Of a DNA stretch of 32,000 nt, positions 25,336 to 32,000 are shown in pieces. A program made the position numbers and the translations under genes. The DNA comes from Hathewaya limosa (GTDB lineage Bacteria; Bacillota; Clostridia; Clostridiales; Clostridiaceae): positions 7,045 to 39,044 of the forward strand of contig NZ_JAUSWN010000001.1 in the NCBI RefSeq assembly GCF_030815255.1, read 5' to 3'. The first letter of the stretch is position 1, and each line of letters starts with the position of its first letter. Under the pieces are notes generated by a model, which saw only the letters and a program-made list of their open reading frames with translations, ran no database searches and was not told where the DNA came from.

Positions 25336-28300
25336 ATGAAAATGAAGAATAGAAAGGTACTTTCGTTAATTTACAGTTTTATTTTTATAAGTTTTATTTT
25401 TAGTTCAAATATGGTATATGCTGAAGAAGTTATATCGGATATGAATGCCATTAAAATTAGTTTAAATAACTTACAGGATGAAGAAACATTAAGTATAGAA
25501 AAGGAAGTTAAAGCTTCAGTAATAAGTATTAATCCTGTGGACAATGTAGAGGTTTATTTCAATGACAAAAAAATGGATAATATACCTTTTCAAGTGATAC
25601 ATAAGGATGATGATGAAAAAACTTATGGAGAATTTTCGTATAAGTTAAATCCTAAAGACCTATCAGAAGGTAAACATGAAATAGATTTCATTGTTACAGA
25701 TATTAATGGTAATTCTAAAAAGGAATCAAGAAATATAACTATTGAAGGCATAAAACAAAATGTAGAGGATGAACAAATTACTGAAAAGCGTAGAGATATT
25801 AAGGCCTTTGTTGAAAGTGAAAAGACATCAATTAGGGGAAGGGCAGAAATAACAAAGGGGCAAGCGTTTTCGTATCTAAGACTTAGAAATTCTCAAAAAT
25901 CCGATGAATATATAAGCAATTTTGTTACTTGGGTTTGGGAAGAAGGAGAAGCTGAAGGTATTCGTTCAGACATAGCGTTTGCACAAATGATGAAAGAAAC
26001 AGGATTTCTAAAGTTTGGCGGAGATGTTAGTGAAGAACAAAATAACTTTGCCGGTATTGGAGCAGTAGGCGGAGGTGTAGCAGGGGCAAGCTTTCCAACT
26101 ATTCAAATAGGCATAAGGGCTGTAATTCAACATCTTAAGGCATATGCTTGTAAAGATCCACTAAATAAGGAATTAGTAGATCCTAGATTTAATTTAGTTA
26201 CAAGAGGATGTGCTCCATATGTAGAAGATTTATCTAATAAATGGGCTGCAGGAGATTCTAACTATGGACAGGATATAGTTAAAATGGTGGAGTATGCTAA
26301 GACCTTAGAAAGTAGAAATCCAAAAGCGATTCTAAAAAGCTTTAAGGTTTATGATAATGGTGCAGAGTGTAATATTGATAACAAGTTTGTTTATAATAAA
26401 AAGTATACTTTAGTTGCAGAAGCTGAAAGTATGAATACAATACTATATCAATTTTGGATTAAAGATAAAAGAACAAATCAATGGACTATGTTAAGAGATT
26501 ATAGTGAAGATAATATATTTACTTGGACTTCACCATCTGATGGAAAAGATTATTTAATAGGGGTGCATGTAAAAGATAAATGTAGTAAAGAAAGATTAGA
26601 TGACTTCAAATATACTCCAGTTCAATTTATTTTAGAAAAAGCCAAATTACAAAGTTTTGGTGTATATGATGGAAATACTGAAATAAAGGATTTTGTATTT
26701 AAAAAGGGAAAAACATATACATTAAGGTCAAATGCTATAGCTAATTCAAAAGTATTATATCAATTTTGGATTAAAGATAAGCGTACAGATAAGTGGACTA
26801 TGTTAAGAGATTATGAAGAAAATAATACATGTACTTGGACAGCACCGACCGACGGAAAAGACTATTTAATAGGAGTACATGTAAAAGATGAAAGTAGTAA
26901 ACAAAGGTTAGATGATTTTAAATATAACATTATGAAGCTAGAGTCAATGAAATCTTACGTTCAGAGTTTCGGTGTATATGATGGTAATAACGAAATAAAA
27001 AATTCAGTATTCAAAAAAGGAAAAACATATACATTAAAAGCAGTAGCTATAGCAGAATCAAAGCCATTATATCAATTTTGGATAAAGGACAAAAGAAATG
27101 GCCAATGGACTATGTTAAGAGACTTTGCAGAAAGTAATACATTTACATGGATAGCACCAATGAATGGTCAAGATTATTTAATAGGTGTACATGTAAAAGA
27201 TAATCATAGTATTGAAAGATTAGATGATTTTAAATACAATCCTATTCACTTGGAAGTAGAAAAATCTCATATTCAAAGTTTTAGTGTGTATGATGGAAAT
27301 ACTGAAATAAAGAATTATGTATTTAAAAAAGGAAAATCATATACATTAAAATCAACTGCTATAGCAGAGTCAAAAGCATTATATCAATTCTGGATTAAAG
27401 ACAAAAGCAATAATCAATGGACTATGTTAAGAGATTTCGAGGAAGGCAATACAATTACATGGACAGCACCAACAGAGGGGCAAGATTATTTACTTGGAGT
27501 ACATGTAAAAGATAAATATAGTGTAGAAAGATTAGACGATTTTAAGTATAGTTCTATGAAGGTAGAGTCTGGAACAGCCCAAGTTCAAAGCTTTAAAATG
27601 TATTATGGATCAAAAGAAATAACATCACATGTTTTTCAAAGGGGTAAAAAATATACGTTAAAAGCAACGGCTAATGGAGCTTCAAAGCCATTATATCAAT
27701 TCTGGATTAAAGACAAAAGTAATAATCAATGGACTATGTTAAGAGATTTTGCAGAAAGTAATACAGTCACTTGGACAGCACCTACAAAAAGTTGTCAAGA
27801 TTATTTATTAGGGGTTCACATAAAAGATAAATGTAGTCAACAGAGATTGGATAGTTTTAAGTATCAGCCAATAACACTTTATGGAACTATCATAAATAAT
27901 AATAGTAAGAATAAGAAGAAGATAGTCTTAGATGCTGGACATGGAAATAGAAATCTTACTTATGGCGGATATGATTCAGGCGCAGTTGGCGTTGGCGGTA
28001 TAAGGGAAAGTGATCTTACTCAAAGTTTGACATTAAAGTTAGGACAATATTTGCAAAGACAAAACTTTGACATAATTTATACAAGAGATTACTTAAAAGG
28101 TTATACACAAGTAAGGGAAGATTTAATACAAAGAGTTGATGTTGCTAATAGTAACAAAGCGGATTTATTTGTAAGTCTTCATTTCGATAGTAGCAATAAT
28201 CCAAGTGCTAATGGTATTAGTACGCACTATAGTAGCTATAAACCTAATTTAGATAATTCAGGGTTACAGACTATGAATGATATAGTCTATGATAGAACAC

Positions 28301-28551
28301 CTTGTACAGAGGCTATAAAAAGTAGGGAATTATCTAATTTAATAGGCAAAAGACTAGCTGAACTAGGTTTTGTTAATAGAGGATCTAATGATCATAATTT
28401 ATATGTAACAAAAAATACTAACATGCCATCTTTACTTATAGAGAATGGGTTTGTTACTAATCCTACTGAAGCAAATAAAATTAAAGATCCAAATATGCAG
28501 AATAAAATGGCTGAAAAAATTGGACAAGCAATTAATGATTTTTTTAAGTAA
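25336..28551 (+). CDS. Secreted bifunctional peptidoglycan hydrolase: signal peptide, Ig-like N-domain, GH73-type N-acetylglucosaminidase, 5 x 104-aa repeats, N-acetylmuramoyl-L-alanine amidase (Amidase_3)
   Basis: The signal peptide ends with a VYA/EE cleavage site. The glucosaminidase block is AFAQMMKETGFLKFGG...NNFAGIGA...IRAVIQHLKAY (approx. 25830-26300). Five repeats follow. The amidase block is KKIVLDAGHG...DLFVSLHFDS...NMPSLLIENGFVTNPTE (approx. 27913-28548). Confidence 0.9.
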   Translation: MKMKNRKVLSLIYSFIFISFIFSSNMVYAEEVISDMNAIKISLNNLQDEETLSIEKEVKASVISINPVDNVEVYFNDKKMDNIPFQVIHKDDDEKTYGEFSYKLNPKDLSEGKHEIDFIVTDINGNSKKESRNITIEGIKQNVEDEQITEKRRDIKAFVESEKTSIRGRAEITKGQAFSYLRLRNSQKSDEYISNFVTWVWEEGEAEGIRSDIAFAQMMKETGFLKFGGDVSEEQNNFAGIGAVGGGVAGASFPTIQIGIRAVIQHLKAYACKDPLNKELVDPRFNLVTRGCAPYVEDLSNKWAAGDSNYGQDIVKMVEYAKTLESRNPKAILKSFKVYDNGAECNIDNKFVYNKKYTLVAEAESMNTILYQFWIKDKRTNQWTMLRDYSEDNIFTWTSPSDGKDYLIGVHVKDKCSKERLDDFKYTPVQFILEKAKLQSFGVYDGNTEIKDFVFKKGKTYTLRSNAIANSKVLYQFWIKDKRTDKWTMLRDYEENNTCTWTAPTDGKDYLIGVHVKDESSKQRLDDFKYNIMKLESMKSYVQSFGVYDGNNEIKNSVFKKGKTYTLKAVAIAESKPLYQFWIKDKRNGQWTMLRDFAESNTFTWIAPMNGQDYLIGVHVKDNHSIERLDDFKYNPIHLEVEKSHIQSFSVYDGNTEIKNYVFKKGKSYTLKSTAIAESKALYQFWIKDKSNNQWTMLRDFEEGNTITWTAPTEGQDYLLGVHVKDKYSVERLDDFKYSSMKVESGTAQVQSFKMYYGSKEITSHVFQRGKKYTLKATANGASKPLYQFWIKDKSNNQWTMLRDFAESNTVTWTAPTKSCQDYLLGVHIKDKCSQQRLDSFKYQPITLYGTIINNNSKNKKKIVLDAGHGNRNLTYGGYDSGAVGVGGIRESDLTQSLTLKLGQYLQRQNFDIIYTRDYLKGYTQVREDLIQRVDVANSNKADLFVSLHFDSSNNPSANGISTHYSSYKPNLDNSGLQTMNDIVYDRTPCTEAIKSRELSNLIGKRLAELGFVNRGSNDHNLYVTKNTNMPSLLIENGFVTNPTEANKIKDPNMQNKMAEKIGQAINDFFK
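26329..27888 (+). repeat. Five in-frame tandem coding repeats with a period of exactly 312 nt (104 aa)
   Basis: The anchor string CAATT(T/C)TGG (from YQFW) occurs at 26449, 26761, 27073, 27385 and 27697, so all spacings are 312. The repeat consensus is xLYQFWIKDK(R/S)xxQWTMLRD(Y/F)xExNxxTWTAPxxGxDYL(I/L)GVHVKDxxSxxRLDDFKY. Confidence 0.95.
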
Positions 28552-28568
28552 CATAAGATTGATACAGA

Positions 28569-28577
28569 GGCGTAAAG
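28569..28577 (+). promoter_or_regulatory. Inverted partial copy of the box core in the 3' UTR of paralog 1
   Basis: GGCGTAAAG lies between the stop (28551) and the terminator (28596-28634). It is the reverse complement of CTTTACGCC and matches 8 of 9 positions of the upstream box core CTTTACGCT. Confidence 0.4.
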
Positions 28578-28595
28578 TAAGTTAAAAATCATTTT

Positions 28596-28634
28596 AAAAT
28601 AGGAAGAAGATAAAACTTCTTCCTATTTTTTATT
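28596..28634 (+). terminator. Rho-independent terminator after autolysin paralog 1
   Basis: AAAATAGGAAGAAG pairs with CTTCTTCCTATTTT in a perfect 14-bp stem, followed by a T-rich tail. Confidence 0.85.
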
Positions 28635-28720
28635 TTGTTTTTAAAAAAAGTCAAAAAATATAAATATTTTGGAGGAATTTATAGAATAATATAGAAGTTT
28701 AAATATTGAAACAGTTCATT

Positions 28721-28739
28721 TTAATCCTTTTACGCTTAA
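28721..28739 (+). promoter_or_regulatory. Conserved 19-nt box upstream of autolysin paralog 2
   Basis: TTAATCCTTTTACGCTTAA ends 54 nt before the ATG at 28794. See the box at 25257-25275. Confidence 0.55.
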
Positions 28740-28793
28740 AATAACAAATCATGTAAAGTTACTTTCTATTATGACATAAAGGGGATAGATAAA

Positions 28794-31391
28794 ATGAAGA
28801 ATGTCAACAAACGAATAAGGACTTTTATTTATAGTTTAATGTTTATTGGTTTTGTTTTTGGAATTCATGTAACTTATGCAGATGAAATATTGCAAGATAA
28901 AAATTCAACGAATCAAGTCGTAGATAAACAAGAATACAAGCAACATATCAGTTATTTAGATACGAAACAGGAAGATTGTACACTTATCATGGGACAGGCA
29001 GAAATGACAAAAGGACAGGCATTTACATATCTTAAACATAGAAATCACAATAAAGATACTAGATATATATATAATTTTGTTAATTATGTTTGGGAGGAAG
29101 GACAAAGGGAAGGGGTTCGTCCAGATATAGCTTTTGCCTTAATGATGAAAGAAACAGGGTTTTTAAATTTTGGTGGAGATGTAAGTGAAACACAAAATAA
29201 TTTTGGAGGTATTGGAGCTACTGGTGGTGGTGCTAAGGGAAATAGCTTTCCTAGTATTCAAATCGGTATAAGAGCTGTTATTCAACATCTTAAAGCCTAC
29301 GGAAGTAAAGAGAAATTAGTGAATGATGTTGTAGATCCAAGATTTGAAAAAGTTACAAGAGGAGTTGCACCTTATGTTGAATTATTAGCTAATAAGTGGG
29401 CTGTTGGTAATCCTAATTATGGCAGACAAATTGTAGCTATGGTTGAAAAAGGAAAAGAATTAAGTGATGAAAGTCCTAAAAGCATAGTAGAAGATTTTAA
29501 AATTTTAGATGGTAATTTAGATGTTACTAAAGAAAAACTTTTACGAGGAAAAACTTATACTTTAATGGCAGAGTCAAAGAGTGAAGAAAATACATTATAT
29601 CAATTTTGGCTTAAAGATAGAAGGACTAATAAATGGATTCTGTTAAGAGATTATGATACTAAAAATACAATAACATGGGTTGCACCTATGGATAATTGTG
29701 ATTATTTAATTGGAGTACATGTAAAAGGTCAATATAGTATGAAAAATTTAGATGACTTTTATTATGAATATATACAAGTTATCAAAGGTATAGCCAAGGT
29801 AAAAGGTTTATCAATATATGACGGGACTACAGTAATTTCTAATAGAAAATTAAAAAAGGGAAAAACTTATACAGTAAAGGCAGAAGTAGAAAAAAACTGT
29901 ATTCCAATGTATCAATTTTGGCTTAAGGATAAGAGAACAAATAAATGGATGATGCTAAAAGATTATGGAGAAAATAATACCATAGTATGGACATCACCTT
30001 TAGAAGGAAAAGATTATTTATTAGGAGTACATGTAAAAGATAAGTATAGTGATAAGAGATTGGATAGTTATAAATATGAAGGTATTCAATTAGTATCACA
30101 AAGTCCACAAAATACAATTTTAAATAGTTTTGAAGTGTATGATAGAAATAGCATTATAACAAATAATTTATTTAATAAAGGAAAGGCTTATACAATAAAA
30201 GTAAAGGCATTTTCTGCTACAAAGCCATTGTACCAATTTTGGCTTAAGGATAAAAGAACAAATAAGTGGACAATACTAAGGGATTATAGTGAAAGTGATA
30301 TGTTTAGTTGGATATCACCTAGTGACGGAGAAAATTATTTGTTAGGAGTGCATGTAAAAGATAAATATAGTGATAAAAGACTAGACCTATATCAATATAA
30401 ATCTATAAAAGTTATAGGAGAATCTATAATAGCCAATGTAAAGAATTTTAAAATATACCAAAATAGTAGTGAAATAACAGATGGTAGACTTAAACAAGGT
30501 GAACAATATAATTTAAAGGCATGTGCTATAGCAACTTCAAAACCATTGTATCAATTTTGGATTAAGGATAAAAGAAATGGTAAATGGACAATGTTAAAAG
30601 ATTATAGTGAAAAGGATACAATTACATGGATGTCACCAAATGAAGGAAAAGACTATTTGTTAGGAGTACATGTAAAAGATAAATACAGTATAAAAAGGTT
30701 AGATACTTTTAAGTATGTACCAATTACTATTTTAGGTGGAATTAATACTAAAAAGGCAAAAATAGTTTTAGATGCTGGTCATGGAAATAAAAATATTACT
30801 TACGGTGTTATTGATTCTGGATGCATAGGAGTAGGTGGCGTAAGAGAATGCGATTTAACTCAAATGTTAACAATGAAGGTAGGACAATATTTAAAAGAAC
30901 GTAATTTCGATGTTATTTATACACGAGATTATCTAAAAGGTTATAAAGAGGTTAAAAATGATTTACAACAAAGATGTGATATTGCTAATTATAATAAAGC
31001 AGATTTATTTGTAAGTTTTCATTTTGATTCAATTGGTAACCCTAAAGTTGAAGGAGTTAGTACACATTATAGTAGTTATAGGCCTAACTTAGATAATTCA
31101 GGATTACAAACTATAAATGATATAATATATGATAAAACACCTTGTATTCAGGCTATAAAAAGTAAAGAATTATCTGATATAATATGTAAAAGATTATCAG
31201 AATTGGGGTTTAAAAATAGAGGATCTAAAGATCATAATCTATATTTAACTAGAAATAGTAATATGATCTCTTTACTTATAGAATGTGGATTTATTACAAA
31301 TCCATCAGAGGTTAAAAAGGTGGAAAATCCAATAATACAAACTAAAATGGCCGAAAAAATTGGAGAGGCTATAAGTGATTTTTTAAAGTAA
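28794..31391 (+). CDS. Secreted bifunctional peptidoglycan hydrolase, paralog 2: signal peptide, GH73-type glucosaminidase, 4 x ~105-aa repeats, Amidase_3
   Basis: The signal peptide ends with a TYA/DE cleavage site. The glucosaminidase block is AFALMMKETGFLNFGG...NNFGGIGA...IRAVIQHLKAY. Four repeats follow. The amidase block is AKIVLDAGHG...DLFVSFHFDS...LLIECGFITNPSE. It lacks the ~120-aa Ig-like N-domain of paralog 1. Confidence 0.9.
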   Translation: MKNVNKRIRTFIYSLMFIGFVFGIHVTYADEILQDKNSTNQVVDKQEYKQHISYLDTKQEDCTLIMGQAEMTKGQAFTYLKHRNHNKDTRYIYNFVNYVWEEGQREGVRPDIAFALMMKETGFLNFGGDVSETQNNFGGIGATGGGAKGNSFPSIQIGIRAVIQHLKAYGSKEKLVNDVVDPRFEKVTRGVAPYVELLANKWAVGNPNYGRQIVAMVEKGKELSDESPKSIVEDFKILDGNLDVTKEKLLRGKTYTLMAESKSEENTLYQFWLKDRRTNKWILLRDYDTKNTITWVAPMDNCDYLIGVHVKGQYSMKNLDDFYYEYIQVIKGIAKVKGLSIYDGTTVISNRKLKKGKTYTVKAEVEKNCIPMYQFWLKDKRTNKWMMLKDYGENNTIVWTSPLEGKDYLLGVHVKDKYSDKRLDSYKYEGIQLVSQSPQNTILNSFEVYDRNSIITNNLFNKGKAYTIKVKAFSATKPLYQFWLKDKRTNKWTILRDYSESDMFSWISPSDGENYLLGVHVKDKYSDKRLDLYQYKSIKVIGESIIANVKNFKIYQNSSEITDGRLKQGEQYNLKACAIATSKPLYQFWIKDKRNGKWTMLKDYSEKDTITWMSPNEGKDYLLGVHVKDKYSIKRLDTFKYVPITILGGINTKKAKIVLDAGHGNKNITYGVIDSGCIGVGGVRECDLTQMLTMKVGQYLKERNFDVIYTRDYLKGYKEVKNDLQQRCDIANYNKADLFVSFHFDSIGNPKVEGVSTHYSSYRPNLDNSGLQTINDIIYDKTPCIQAIKSKELSDIICKRLSELGFKNRGSKDHNLYLTRNSNMISLLIECGFITNPSEVKKVENPIIQTKMAEKIGEAISDFLK
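29481..30743 (+). repeat. Four in-frame tandem coding repeats of the same module as in paralog 1
   Basis: The CAATTTT anchors lie at 29601, 29913, 30234 and 30552, giving spacings of 312, 321 and 318 nt. The consensus is YQFW(L/I)KDKRTNKWxxL(R/K)DYxExxxxxWxSPxxGxxYLLGVHVKDKYSxKRLDxYKY. Confidence 0.95.
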
Positions 31392-31405
31392 AATAAGGAT
31401 TTGAT

Positions 31406-31417
31406 TTAAGCGTAAAG
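31406..31417 (+). promoter_or_regulatory. Inverted copy of the box core in the 3' UTR of paralog 2
   Basis: TTAAGCGTAAAG is the exact reverse complement of CTTTACGCTTAA (25264-25275). It is complementary in 11 of 12 positions, plus one G-U pair, to TTTTACGCTTAA (28728-28739). It lies between the stop (31391) and the terminator (31447-31475). Confidence 0.5.
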
Positions 31418-31446
31418 TAGTATTATAATTAAATAAAGTCAAAATT

Positions 31447-31475
31447 GGGGGAGCCTTGGCTTCCCTTATTTGTTT
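31447..31475 (+). terminator. Rho-independent terminator after autolysin paralog 2
   Basis: GGGGAG-ccttgg-CTTCCC is a GC-rich hairpin followed by TTATTTGTTT. Confidence 0.7.
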
Positions 31476-31489
31476 AATTGGAGGGCTAT

Positions 31490-32000
31490 ATGAAAATAAC
31501 CTTATTTGAAATATTTGGAATAAAAATACGTAGTTACGGGCTAATGATAGCTATAGGAATAAGTGTGGCATTACTATTATTAGATAAACAAAGTAAAAAA
31601 ATGGGATATAATGAAGATGATATATGGGGATTATTTTTATGGTCTATATTAAGTGGAGTTTTAGGTGGTAAAATTTTATGGATTATTACTGAATTTAAAA
31701 CTGTTATGGAAAATCCTAAAGTTTTACTTAATATAGGATATGGTTTTGTTGTTTATGGAGCCATAGGTGGTGGAGCGCTTGCAATTTGTATATATTGTTT
31801 AAGAAAAAAATGGAATGTGTTAAAGGTATTTGATATGGTTGCACCATTAGTAGCCATTGCACAAGGATTTGGAAGAATAGGGTGTTTACTTGCGGGATGT
31901 TGTTATGGGGCGCCTACACATTCACATTTAGGAATAGTTTTCCCAGAGGGATCCATGGCACCTTCTGGAATAAGGCTGCATCCAACTCAAATTTATTCAT
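31490..32000 (+). CDS. lgt: Prolipoprotein diacylglyceryl transferase, 5' portion (runs off the window)
   Basis: This ORF is absent from the ORF track because no stop codon is reached. The ATG at 31490 follows GGAGGG. The translation is MKITLFEIFGIKIRSYGLMIAIGISVALLLL...FGRIGCLLAGCCYG...IRLHPTQIYS. It carries the Lgt signature blocks G-R-x-G-C/N and HPTQ(I/L)Y. Confidence 0.8.
   Translation, partial: MKITLFEIFGIKIRSYGLMIAIGISVALLLLDKQSKKMGYNEDDIWGLFLWSILSGVLGGKILWIITEFKTVMENPKVLLNIGYGFVVYGAIGGGALAICIYCLRKKWNVLKVFDMVAPLVAIAQGFGRIGCLLAGCCYGAPTHSHLGIVFPEGSMAPSGIRLHPTQIYS

Noticed and set aside
26329-27888. Regularly spaced repeats that might suggest a CRISPR array or satellite
   Set aside because: The 312-nt units are in frame inside a long ORF, encode a conserved protein module and have no short repeat/spacer organisation. 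There are no cas genes in the window.
28569-28739. Invertible phase-variation switch (like C. difficile cwpV/flgB switches) formed by the inverted box copies flanking the paralog-2 leader
   Set aside because: The inverted repeats bracketing this segment match over only 7-8 nt (GCGTAAAG versus CTTTTACGC), which is much shorter than the ~20-bp repeats of known switches. No recombinase gene lies nearby. I keep it as a minor alternative to test with long reads rather than claiming it.
28392-30117. Antisense ORFs 28392-28592 and 29923-30117 (-) inside the autolysin genes
   Set aside because: These are shadow ORFs opposite clearly coding, domain-bearing sequence.
1-32000. Mobile element, prophage, genomic island or defence system
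   Set aside because: There is no integrase, transposase, recombinase, tRNA target, long flanking direct repeat, or recognisable toxin-antitoxin, restriction or abortive-infection gene. Base composition looks uniform by eye. The only clear accessory insertion is the MBOAT/AlgX-like pair, and it has no mobility hallmarks.

Overview
This is a very AT-rich chromosomal segment typical of a Clostridium-like spore-former. Nearly all genes are on the + strand. I found no rRNA, tRNA, CRISPR array, IS element, integrase or phage genes. The gene order is as follows.

1. The tail of an amino-acid permease and a RocA/PruA-type 1-pyrroline-5-carboxylate (P5C) dehydrogenase.
2. A YitT-family membrane protein, a small zinc-ribbon ORF on the - strand, and spmA-spmB.
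3. A glycyl-radical gene cluster: an XRE-cupin regulator, a radical-SAM activase, a 788-aa glycyl radical enzyme best read as trans-4-hydroxy-L-proline dehydratase HypD, then proC and an EamA transporter.
4. The conserved housekeeping block of a Met T-box leader, metG, a DUF445 gene, tatD, yabE, rnmV and rsmA/ksgA. An accessory pair is inserted between yabE and rnmV: an AlgX/AlgJ-like extracytoplasmic protein and an MBOAT acyltransferase.
5. An uncharacterised 475-aa protein with an acidic linker and a Cys-rich C-terminus, and a 196-aa membrane-anchored protein.
6. Two tandem paralogous giant secreted autolysins (1071 and 865 aa) with the architecture signal peptide, GH73-type glucosaminidase, 5 or 4 copies of a ~104-aa repeat, and Amidase_3.
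7. The 5' part of lgt.

The most unusual content is the autolysin pair. The catalytic domains are in the reverse order to Atl. The repeat module resembles Y_Y_Y and is not a recognised wall-binding domain. A 19-nt box is conserved upstream of both genes, and its core reappears inverted in both 3' UTRs. The inserted MBOAT/AlgX-like pair and the 475-aa orphan protein are the next most interesting items. All family calls come from reading motifs by eye. No database search was run.
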